Below are positions 1 through 7,328 of a DNA stretch of 64,000 nucleotides, piece by piece; within the stretch, counting starts at the first letter, position 1, and every line of letters starts with the position of its first letter. The notes under the pieces were generated by a model. It did not search any database and was not told the origin of the DNA. It worked only from the letters and a program-made list of their open reading frames with translations. Origin of the DNA: an uncultured Chloroflexia bacterium (GTDB lineage Bacteria > Chloroflexota > Limnocylindria > QHBO01); NCBI GenBank assembly GCA_963847375.1, contig CAWJZO010000002.1, positions 313,082-377,081 on the forward strand, read 5' to 3'. The translations under genes and the position numbers were made by a program.

Positions 1-528
1 GAGGGCTGGAACGTCAACGCGCGCGACCGCCGCGCGCTGGCGGCCGGCAACAAGAGCCGCCATGGCCAGGAGCTTGCCTCAGCCCTCTGGCCGATGCAGG
101 AGTGGGCGGTCCTGCGCCGCGCCTGGGAGGCGGGCGTCTCGGTGCCCTATCCGGTCGAGCAGACCGATGACGGCCTGCTGATGGAGTTCATCGGCGACGA
201 GTCGGAGGCGGCACCGAAGCTGGCGCAGGCTCGCCTGCAGGTCGACGAGCTGGCGTCGGCATGGCGGCAGATGACCAGCTGCCTGATCGCGCTGACGATG
301 GCCGGCCTCGTCCATGCCGACCTGTCCACCTACAACCTGCTGTGGTGGCGCGGGCGCCTGGTCGTGATCGACCTGCCCCAGGCCGTGGAGTTCACGACCA
401 ATCCCGATGCCTTCGAGCTGCTCCACCGTGACGTCGCCAACGTCGGCGGATGGTTCTCACGGCGCGGCGTGCCGGTGGACGTCGAGGCGGTCTACGCCGA
501 GCTGGTGTCGGTGGCCTGGTTCGGCTGA
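1..528 (+). CDS. RIO1-family serine/threonine kinase/ATPase, 5'-truncated by window edge
   Basis: Frame is open from base 1 (EGWNVNARDRRALAAG...). RIO motifs present: VPYP, LLMEFIG, GLVHADLSTYNLL, IDLPQAV. Confidence 0.88.
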   Translation, partial: EGWNVNARDRRALAAGNKSRHGQELASALWPMQEWAVLRRAWEAGVSVPYPVEQTDDGLLMEFIGDESEAAPKLAQARLQVDELASAWRQMTSCLIALTMAGLVHADLSTYNLLWWRGRLVVIDLPQAVEFTTNPDAFELLHRDVANVGGWFSRRGVPVDVEAVYAELVSVAWFG

Positions 529-551
529 AGCACGACGACGTGGACCCGGTA

Positions 552-579
552 ATTCGTAGCGGTGTCAGCTACGAATAGG
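552..579. repeat. Palindromic element family A, copy 1: ATTCGTAGC-N7-GCTACGAAT-AGG
   Basis: attcgtagc ggtgtca gctacgaat agg. Near-identical copies at 2873 and 4333. Right arm encodes the vapC end (Y-S-stop) on the minus strand. Confidence 0.85.
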
Positions 580-952
580 GCAGGACCGATGCGCCCTGGC
601 GCTCGAAGTCCGGCCGGTTGCGAGTGACGACGGTCGCGTCGAGACCAATGGCCACCGCCGCGATGAGCGAATCTCCAAGGCCGAGCTTTCCGCCCGCTTC
701 GTGGCGGCGACGCCGGGCCCCGCCCGCGGCATGGGCAGCAGCGGGATCGGTGGCGACGTACTCGAGCGGCTCCAGCAGGCGCGCGACGACCGCGCGGTGC
801 TCATCGGTCCCTCCCGAGAGGGCTTCGCACACGACGACATCGCACGTGAACAGTTCACCGCCACCCTCGTACAGCCGATGCAGGAGCGTCATCGCCGGCT
901 CGTAGCCGTTCGCGTGGTCGATGAGCAACGTGGTGTCGAGGAGGTAGCGCAT
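569..952 (-). CDS. vapC: PIN-domain toxin, VapC family
   Basis: YLLDTT, conserved E (VCEAL), GDSLIAA and VVTRNRPDF PIN motifs; 127 aa; directly downstream of an antitoxin gene. Confidence 0.92.
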   Translation of the reverse strand: MRYLLDTTLLIDHANGYEPAMTLLHRLYEGGGELFTCDVVVCEALSGGTDEHRAVVARLLEPLEYVATDPAAAHAAGGARRRRHEAGGKLGLGDSLIAAVAIGLDATVVTRNRPDFERQGASVLPYS

Positions 953-955
953 CGG

Positions 956-1216
956 TCAGTCGGTCTCTTCGCTGCGGAGCTCCTCGACCCAGCGCGCGAC
1001 CTCGTCCGGGCCCATCCATCCCGGCTTGCCGACCATGGCGCCGGCCGTCTCTGCGATCGCCCGCCCGAGCTCGTCACGGCGCACGCGCTGCGCGACCGCC
1101 TCCGCGACATACCGGCTGCGGCCGCGCGGGCCTGCCAGCTCGTCGACCTTCGCCATCAGGTCGGCCGGGATCGTGACGTTGGTCCGTGCGAGGGGATCCG
1201 GGCGAGAGTGTGCCAT
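956..1216 (-). CDS. vapB: Ribbon-helix-helix antitoxin (VapB-like)
   Basis: RTNVTIPADLMAKVDELAG...RSRYVAEAV resembles an RHH domain; acidic C-terminus. ATG at 1216 follows TAACAT -10 box. Confidence 0.82.
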   Translation of the reverse strand: MAHSRPDPLARTNVTIPADLMAKVDELAGPRGRSRYVAEAVAQRVRRDELGRAIAETAGAMVGKPGWMGPDEVARWVEELRSEETD

Positions 1217-1241
1217 GGAGTGTGCAATGTTAGCACACTCC
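1206..1241 (-). promoter_or_regulatory. vapBC promoter/operator: inverted repeat GGAGTGTGC-N7-GCACACTCC plus a third half-site
   Basis: Perfect 9-bp inverted repeat at 1217-1241 encloses TAACAT (-10, minus strand). Extra GAGTGTGC at 1206-1213. Confidence 0.75.
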
Positions 1242-1324
1242 AAGGGAGCTCGACATTTATTCGCCAGCGGAACTAACGGCGAAAGTTGGGCCGATTTCGT
1301 GGCACAACTTGGTCGCGGGCGACG

Positions 1325-2818
1325 CTACTCCCCGAACCGTTCGGCCAGCACGCCGTGGCGCAGCCCGCGATCGCTGACCGTGAGCGAATCGGCTCCGAGC
1401 TTGTCCACGACGGTGCGGACGATGCACACGCCGGCCAGGATCACGTCGGCGCGCTTCGGCTGGATGCCGACAATGGATCGGCGTGCCTCCGCGTCGCGCG
1501 AGCGGTACTGCTCGAGCTGGCGATCGATCTCGGCGCGATCGAGCACCGTCCCCTGCACGACGTCCGGGTCGTAGGTGGCCATCGAGTGGCGGACGGCTGC
1601 CATATTCGTGATCGCCCCGCCCATCCCGACGAGCGCGTCGGGATGCGGACGTCCGTCAAGCCGGGCGAGGTCGGCCGAAATCGCCCCGAGCGCCTCGCCG
1701 AGCACGCCGGGAGACACCGCGCCGTCGAGCCCGAAGCGCTCGGTGTAGCGAACCGCCCCGACGTCGAGGCTGAACCGTTCGTCCACGCCGTCCCCCGACC
1801 CGAACGTGAACTGGCTGCTGCCGCCACCGGTGTCGAAGACCACGAGCGAACCTTGCCCGAGACCGATGCCCTGCTTGACCGCGACGTATGCCAGGCGGCT
1901 CTCCTCCTCGCCCGAGACGACCTCGACGGCCACGCCGGCGCGGCGCTGGATCTCCGCGACGACCGCGTCGCTGTTCGTTGCGATGCGCAGGCCAGCGGTC
2001 CCGACGGCCACGACGGCCCGTGCGCGCGCCTGCTTCGCCTCGTCGACCATCGCCGCGATCGCGTCCGCCGTCCGATCGAGCGCGTCAGACCCGATCTTCC
2101 CGGTCGCCTCGATGCCCTCGCCGAGCCGGGTCAGCTCGGCGCGATCGATCACCCGGCGCCACGACCCGTCCGCGGCACGCTCGCCGACGTGGAACTTGAC
2201 CGAGTTCGTCCCGACGTCGATGACCGCGTAGCGCGGCAACTCGCCGGCGATGAGCGCTCGAAGACCGGCGGGGTAGGGCGTGTTGACGTGGCCGCCGAGA
2301 CCGGCGCCGCGGACGGCGGCGATCACCGCGGCGGGATCCTCGGCCTCGATCGCGATCGTGCGGGTCTCGTGCCCGTCGGCGACGACATCGGTCACCTCGG
2401 AGGTGCAGCCGCCGATCGTGTAGCGGACCCTGCGCTTGTGGACGCGGACGGCGGCGACCTCCTCGGCCGGGGCGATGAGCTCGTCGAGGAACTGGTCCAG
2501 CGTGTACTCGGCGCGATCCAGCGCGGGCAAGGGCTGACGCAGGGCCTCGAACACGCGACTGACATCGGCGGCCGACACCGGGAATTCGGCCTTCATCACC
2601 GGCGTCCATTGCTCGAGGCCGTTCGCGTCGATCTCGCGCAGGACCTTGATGTCCATGAGGGCGTCGCGGACCTTCACGGTGTCGCCGTCCGGGGCGACGA
2701 CGTAAATCTCGTCGCTCTCCTGGACGCGCTCCGGCGCCAGGCGCGCGAACGCATCCTCGGCCGGTCCGAAGCTCGAACCGAAGGTTCGCCATTCCCAGCG
2801 CGGCGTGATCGCTTCCAT
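1325..2818 (-). CDS. ppx: Ppx/GppA exopolyphosphatase with N-terminal CYTH-like domain
   Basis: C-terminal ~300 aa has AVIDVGTNS, GTAGLR, SGEEE, DTGGGS, RADVI and GLRHG. N-terminal ~190 aa (WEWRTF, KVR, IKV, HKRR, IAIE) resembles a triphosphate-tunnel domain. Confidence 0.85.
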   Translation of the reverse strand: MEAITPRWEWRTFGSSFGPAEDAFARLAPERVQESDEIYVVAPDGDTVKVRDALMDIKVLREIDANGLEQWTPVMKAEFPVSAADVSRVFEALRQPLPALDRAEYTLDQFLDELIAPAEEVAAVRVHKRRVRYTIGGCTSEVTDVVADGHETRTIAIEAEDPAAVIAAVRGAGLGGHVNTPYPAGLRALIAGELPRYAVIDVGTNSVKFHVGERAADGSWRRVIDRAELTRLGEGIEATGKIGSDALDRTADAIAAMVDEAKQARARAVVAVGTAGLRIATNSDAVVAEIQRRAGVAVEVVSGEEESRLAYVAVKQGIGLGQGSLVVFDTGGGSSQFTFGSGDGVDERFSLDVGAVRYTERFGLDGAVSPGVLGEALGAISADLARLDGRPHPDALVGMGGAITNMAAVRHSMATYDPDVVQGTVLDRAEIDRQLEQYRSRDAEARRSIVGIQPKRADVILAGVCIVRTVVDKLGADSLTVSDRGLRHGVLAERFGE

Positions 2819-2872
2819 CCACTGCCTCTACGTGCGCGGGGAGCGTACCGGACGTCCATGGCCATCCTCGGG

Positions 2873-2900
2873 ATTCGTAGCGCGAACGGTTACGAATAGG
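2873..2900. repeat. Palindromic element family A, copy 2
   Basis: attcgtagc gcgaacg gttacgaat agg; intergenic between ppx and tag. Confidence 0.82.
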
Positions 2901-2919
2901 CGTGGCAGGGCGCGCGACG

Positions 2920-3549
2920 CTAGGGCCGTTGGAACGCCTCGCGCGCGGCCTCGACCTCCGGGCGAGCGAAGCATCCGGTCAGGTGGTCGTTGACAAGGCC
3001 CATCGCCTCCATGAACGAGTACACCGTGGTCGGGCCGACGAAGGACCAGCTGCGACGCCGCAGATCCTTGCTCATCGCCACCGACTCCGGGCTGGTCCCC
3101 AGGTGCATGAGCGCGTCGCGGTCGAGCGACGCGGGGCGCAACGACGGATCGGGCTCATAGCTCCAGGCGTAGGCGGCGAGGCTGCCGAACTCGTCGCGCA
3201 GCTCATCGCAGCGACGCGCGTTGTTGATGACCGCGTTGATCTTCCCGCGGTGACGGACGATGCCCGCATCGGCCAGGAGGCGGTCAACGTCATCGGTCCC
3301 GAAGCCGGCCACCGTTTCGATCTCGAAGTTGGCGAAGGCGGCGCGGAAGTTCTCGCGCTTGCGCAGGATCGTCAGCCACGAGAGGCCGGACATGAAGCCC
3401 TCCAGGCTGAGCTTCTCGAACAGGCGCCGATCGTCCGCGACCGGGCGGCCCCACTCGCGGTCGTGGTAGGGCCGATACAGCTCGTCGCCGGCGCCCCACC
3501 AGCAGCGCGCGACGCCGTCTGGCTCGAGGCTGATGCCATCGGTGATCAC
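2920..3549 (-). CDS. tag: DNA-3-methyladenine glycosylase I
   Basis: RCWW, YHDREWG, LFEKLSLEGFMSGLSW, ILRKRENFR, FVGPTT and NDHLTGC motifs. GTG start 7 nt after TAGGCT. Confidence 0.93.
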   Translation of the reverse strand: MITDGISLEPDGVARCWWGAGDELYRPYHDREWGRPVADDRRLFEKLSLEGFMSGLSWLTILRKRENFRAAFANFEIETVAGFGTDDVDRLLADAGIVRHRGKINAVINNARRCDELRDEFGSLAAYAWSYEPDPSLRPASLDRDALMHLGTSPESVAMSKDLRRRSWSFVGPTTVYSFMEAMGLVNDHLTGCFARPEVEAAREAFQRP

Positions 3550-3663
3550 GTCCACGAGCCTAGCCTGCCCCGCAATCCCGCCAATCCGTGTCACGAACCG
3601 CGGCGACCTTCGCCGGAGCTCGCGAATGAACGCCGAGGCCCGGCATGGCAGTATCTACCGGTG

Positions 3664-4317
3664 ATGCGTCGAATCGGACTGCTCGCGGGCATCGCCCTCG
3701 TCCTGGCGGCCTGCGGCAACATGCTGAATCCGGAAGGCAGGACCGCCACCCCGTCCCCCTCTCCCCTGCCGTCGGGGGTGGCAAACATCAACGACACCGG
3801 CGACGAGACCCTCGCGCCGGGGCGATACTCGCGCCACGACTTCGCGCCCCGCGTGACCTTCGAGATTGGCGACCAATGGTCCGCCCGCCAGGTCCTCGAC
3901 GGGTACTTCACCATCCAGCAGGGTGACGAGACCGATCCGAACGTCATCGCCGTTCAGTTCGCCCGCCCCACCGCCGTCTACGGCGCCGATGGCGCTGCGG
4001 AGCCCACCGATGCCGCCGATGCGGTCGCCATCCTCGAGACGAACCCGAACCTCGAGGTGGTCGAGACCAGCTCGTCGCAGATGGGCGGCCTCGAGGGCAG
4101 CCAGATCACGATCGAGAACACCGGCGCCGAGGGGACCGAGATCATGGACCTGCCGCCCGGGACGATCGCGATCAACCCCGATCGTCGCCTGTGGATCGCC
4201 TTCTTCGACACCGATGAGGGTCTGCTCGCGGTCATGGTCGGCGGCCCGGTCGAGGGCTGGGACGAGGCGCTGGCAGTCGCTGAGCCGGTGCTGGAGTCGG
4301 TGGTGATCGGACAGTAG
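3664..4317 (+). CDS. Putative lipoprotein of unknown function
   Basis: MRRIGLLAGIALVLAAC lipobox, Pro/Ser/Thr linker, acidic beta-rich domain. This is the 3' part of ORF 2902..4317. Confidence 0.75.
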   Translation: MRRIGLLAGIALVLAACGNMLNPEGRTATPSPSPLPSGVANINDTGDETLAPGRYSRHDFAPRVTFEIGDQWSARQVLDGYFTIQQGDETDPNVIAVQFARPTAVYGADGAAEPTDAADAVAILETNPNLEVVETSSSQMGGLEGSQITIENTGAEGTEIMDLPPGTIAINPDRRLWIAFFDTDEGLLAVMVGGPVEGWDEALAVAEPVLESVVIGQ

Positions 4318-4332
4318 GTTGGTGGTGGGCTC

Positions 4333-4360
4333 ATTCGTAGCGGTGTCCGCTACGAATAGG
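4333..4360. repeat. Palindromic element family A, copy 3
   Basis: attcgtagc ggtgtcc gctacgaat agg; 27 of 28 bases match copy 1. Confidence 0.85.
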
Positions 4361-4411
4361 GTCAGCTCGCGGGGATCGGGCCACGCCCTCGCTGTGCACC
4401 GCTCGTCGTCC

Positions 4412-4590
4412 GCCGCTCAGAGACGGAAATCACGAACCGCGCGATGCCGGGAGCCGCTCAGCGACCGTTAACGCGAACGAAGCGCGAGACCAGGGCGTTC
4501 CGCGCCGGCTTTCAGGCTCTCAGCGACCGACTTCCAGCGCGAATCTACCGGCGACGCCAGCTCGTTCGCGATAAGCGCCGCTCAGCGACT
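4412..4590. repeat. Palindromic cluster family C: four GCCGCTCAGCGAC-like cores
   Basis: ctcag cores at 4416, 4457, 4519 and 4581 (spacing 41/62/62). cgttaacgcgaacgaagc (4466) is an imperfect inverted copy of gctcgttcgcgataagcg (4560). Confidence 0.65.
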
Positions 4591-4638
4591 GGCAACGCAT
4601 CGCGCGTGCTGCACGGGACCGGTGATGCCCCGCGACTG

Positions 4639-6312
4639 CTAGTCGAGCGCGGGCTCCGCCTTTGGGGCCGATGCGCGCCAGCCTGACTCCTCGCGCTCGC
4701 CGATCCGCCCTGCGGGCATCACCAGCGCCACGACCAGCGCCGCGATCAGCGCGGTGACGATCCCGACCACGAAGGTCGCGCCGGTGGCGATCGAGAAGGC
4801 CGTGTGGATGCCCTCGACGATGGCCGGGATCAGCGGCTCGACGGTCGCCTGGAACTGCTCCGGGACCTGGGCGAGGATCGAGGCGCCGAGGTCGCCGACG
4901 CCCGTGAGGTCGTTGAACTGTGATGCATCGGCGCTGGCGAACTGGTCGGCGAACTGGGGCGGCACACCGGCCTCGACGAGCTGCTCGGGCGTTTCCTCGA
5001 GCAGGGTCGAGCCGAAGATCGTGCCGGTGATGGCCAGGCCGATCGTCCCGCCGACTTGCTGGAACAGGGTCAGACTGCTCGTGCCGGTCCCGAGGTCGCG
5101 CACCGGCACGGCGTTCTGCACCGCCAGCGTGAAGACCGCGAAGGATGGCCCGATGCCGAGTCCGGCGACGGCCATCCACAGCCACAGGAGCGGCAGCGGT
5201 GTATCGGGCCGGATGTTCGTCAGCAGGAAGAGTCCGAAGGCGAGCGTCAGCAGTGCCACGATGATCAGCGTCTTGTAGCGGCCGGTGCGGGCCACGAACT
5301 GTCCGGAGCCGACCGCGGAGATGATCAGCCCGCCGAGCAGCGGCAGGATCTGGTAGCCCGACTCGGTCGCCGAGCTGCCGTTGACGAACTGGAACCAGCG
5401 AGGCAGGAAGACGACCGCGGCGAAGAAGCCCGTCGCCGCCAGGAACATCGCGATGACGCTGGCGGTGAAGGTGCGGATGCGGAAGAGGCGAAGCGGAACG
5501 ATCGGCTCGTGCGCGCGGGACTCGGCGAACACGAAGGCCGCCGTCAACGCCAGGCCGATCGCGATCAGCCCGCCGACGTCCGGATCGGTCCATTCGCCGA
5601 ACTGCTTGTTCGTGAAGCCGATGAGGATCGGGACGAGCGCGCCCACCAGCAGCGCCGCGCCGAGGTAGTCGATGTGCCGGTCCGCGCCGGCCTCGCGATG
5701 GGTCGGCAGCGTGCGCCAGATGACGAACAGCACCACGGCGCCCAGCGGAAGGTTCACGAAGAAGATCCAGTGCCAGCCGAAGTTGTCGGTGATCAATCCA
5801 CCGATGGCCGGGCCGAGCAGGAAGCTGACGCCGAAGACCGCGCCGAAGAAGCCCTGGTACTTGCCGCGCTCCGACGGCGCGAAGATGTCGGCGATGATGG
5901 CCAGCGCGATCGGGAAGAGCGCCCCGGCACCGAGGCCCTGGAGGCCGCGGAAGGCCAGGAACTGCCACATCTCCTGGCTCAGGCCGCAGAGCAGGGAGCC
6001 GATCAGGAAGATGCTCACCCCGATCAGGAAGATCGGCCGACGGCCGAAGATGTCGGAGAGCTTCCCGTACAGCGGGCCGGAGACCGTCGACGTCAGCAGG
6101 TACGCCGTGAAGGCCCAGACGTAGACGTCATTGCCCTCGAGCTCGGTGACGATCGTGGGCAGGGCGGTGCCGACGATGGTCTGGTCGAGCGCGGCGAGGA
6201 AGATGCCGAGCAGGACCGCACCGAGGATCTCGAGGCGCACGCGGTGCGGCAGCTCGATCGGCGCGCGGTCGTGGTGATCGTCGGCAGAGATGGCTGCGGG
6301 CTCGGAGGTCAT
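4639..6312 (-). CDS. DHA2/EmrB-QacA family MFS drug efflux transporter
   Basis: LAALDQTIVGTALP, GKLSDIFGRR, WIFFVNLPLG and EPIVPLRLF motifs; about 14 hydrophobic segments. Confidence 0.92.
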   Translation of the reverse strand: MTSEPAAISADDHHDRAPIELPHRVRLEILGAVLLGIFLAALDQTIVGTALPTIVTELEGNDVYVWAFTAYLLTSTVSGPLYGKLSDIFGRRPIFLIGVSIFLIGSLLCGLSQEMWQFLAFRGLQGLGAGALFPIALAIIADIFAPSERGKYQGFFGAVFGVSFLLGPAIGGLITDNFGWHWIFFVNLPLGAVVLFVIWRTLPTHREAGADRHIDYLGAALLVGALVPILIGFTNKQFGEWTDPDVGGLIAIGLALTAAFVFAESRAHEPIVPLRLFRIRTFTASVIAMFLAATGFFAAVVFLPRWFQFVNGSSATESGYQILPLLGGLIISAVGSGQFVARTGRYKTLIIVALLTLAFGLFLLTNIRPDTPLPLLWLWMAVAGLGIGPSFAVFTLAVQNAVPVRDLGTGTSSLTLFQQVGGTIGLAITGTIFGSTLLEETPEQLVEAGVPPQFADQFASADASQFNDLTGVGDLGASILAQVPEQFQATVEPLIPAIVEGIHTAFSIATGATFVVGIVTALIAALVVALVMPAGRIGEREESGWRASAPKAEPALD

Positions 6313-6366
6313 GCTCGGATAGGGTCCTGCGCTTTACGGAACGAAGTGGGAAGTCTATCAGCGATC

Positions 6367-6501
6367 CCGGTTTCACCGGGCGAAGTTAACGGCCAAGAAG
6401 GGCCGAAGACCGGGCTCTGGTTGGTCGCCGCTTGCACCGGGTGTCCGGATCGAGCAAGAAGGCGCCGCAAGTTGGCCGATAGCTTCACCGGGTGAAATCG
6501 G
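6367..6501. repeat. 135-bp MITE/REP-like element, family D, with 30-bp imperfect terminal inverted repeats
   Basis: ccggtttcaccgggcgaagttaacggccaa ... ttggccgatagcttcaccgggtgaaatcgg. Three CACCGGG cores at 6374, 6435 and 6486. Confidence 0.72.
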
Positions 6502-6522
6502 TCGTGTGCCACCATCAGCACC

Positions 6523-6894
6523 ATGGCGGCTGACGCACCACGAATCGCATGGCTCGCGCTCGCAGCGATCGGCCTCGCGGCCGGCGTGCTGAGCGGCCTG
6601 TTCGGGGTCGGCGGCGGGATCGTGATGGTGCCCGCGCTCGTCATGGCCGGGCTCGGCCAGCACCGCGCGCAGTCGACGTCGCTGGCGGCGATCGTGCCGA
6701 TCGCGATCGTCGGCGCCATCCTCTTCGGCCGGGCCGACAGCGTCGACCTCGGCGCGGCCGTGGTGCTGGCGGCCGGCAGCCTCGTCGGGGCGCGCGGAGG
6801 CGCGTTGCTCATGCACCGGCTCAGCGGAGCCCTCCTGACCCGCATCTTCGGCGTCTTCCTGATCATCGTTGCCGTCACGATGCTGCTCCGCTGA
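6523..6894 (+). CDS. Half-size TauE/SafE (TSUP) sulfite exporter family protein
   Basis: GLFGVGGGIVMVP and AQSTSLA motifs; about 4 TM; 123 aa. Confidence 0.8.
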   Translation: MAADAPRIAWLALAAIGLAAGVLSGLFGVGGGIVMVPALVMAGLGQHRAQSTSLAAIVPIAIVGAILFGRADSVDLGAAVVLAAGSLVGARGGALLMHRLSGALLTRIFGVFLIIVAVTMLLR

Positions 6895-7319
6895 TGCCCG
6901 TCGATCCGCTCACCGTCGTGACGCTCCTGGCCATCGGCGTGGCGGCGGGCTTCCTCGCCGGCCTGCTGGGGGTTGGCGGCGGCATCCTGCTCGTGCCGGC
7001 GATGGTGCTTCTGCTCGGCTTCGACCAGCACGTGGCGCAGGGCACATCCCTGGTCGTCATCGTTCCGGCCGCCATGATCGGCACCTGGACGCACTACCGG
7101 CGCGGCACGATCCGGCCGCGCGACGCACTGCTCGTGGCTGCCGGCGGCGTGGTCGGTGCGGCCATCGGCAGCCTCTCGGCGCTCTCGATCGACGACACGC
7201 TGCTTCAACGCGGCTTTGCCGTCGTACTCCTCGTCGTCGCGGTGCGCATGCTCCTCCCGAAACGCCCGTCGGCCGACGACGAAACCGCTTTAATTGGCAA
7301 AGCGCCTGAGCTGGACTAG
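6894..7319 (+). CDS. Second half-size TauE/SafE (TSUP) family protein
   Basis: ATG overlaps the upstream TGA (TGATG). GLLGVGGGILLVP and AQGTSL motifs. Confidence 0.8.
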   Translation: MPVDPLTVVTLLAIGVAAGFLAGLLGVGGGILLVPAMVLLLGFDQHVAQGTSLVVIVPAAMIGTWTHYRRGTIRPRDALLVAAGGVVGAAIGSLSALSIDDTLLQRGFAVVLLVVAVRMLLPKRPSADDETALIGKAPELD

Positions 7320-7328
7320 AGTGCCTGC

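Noticed and set aside
1286-2899. Long opposite-strand or off-frame ORFs (also 5056..6495, 10510..12138, 18946..21342, 25315..27321, 55455..57905, 59709..61496)
   Set aside because: They are shadows of well-supported genes in high-GC DNA, are Arg/Gly/Ala-rich and contain no family motifs.
552-4360. Integron attC sites or chromosomal dif site
   Set aside because: No RYYYAAC/GTTRRRY ends, too short for attC, flanked genes are not co-oriented, no integrase, and no match to the XerD arm TTATGTTAAAT.
3591-4441. 12-bp direct repeat TCACGAACCGCG on both sides of the lipoprotein gene
   Set aside because: Short, with no accompanying element ends; could be chance. Not enough to call a target-site duplication.
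4412-4590. Mini CRISPR array (short repeats at 62-bp period)
   Set aside because: Cores are only ~13 bp and degenerate, the first spacing is 41 bp, the linkers are inverted copies of each other, and no cas genes are present.
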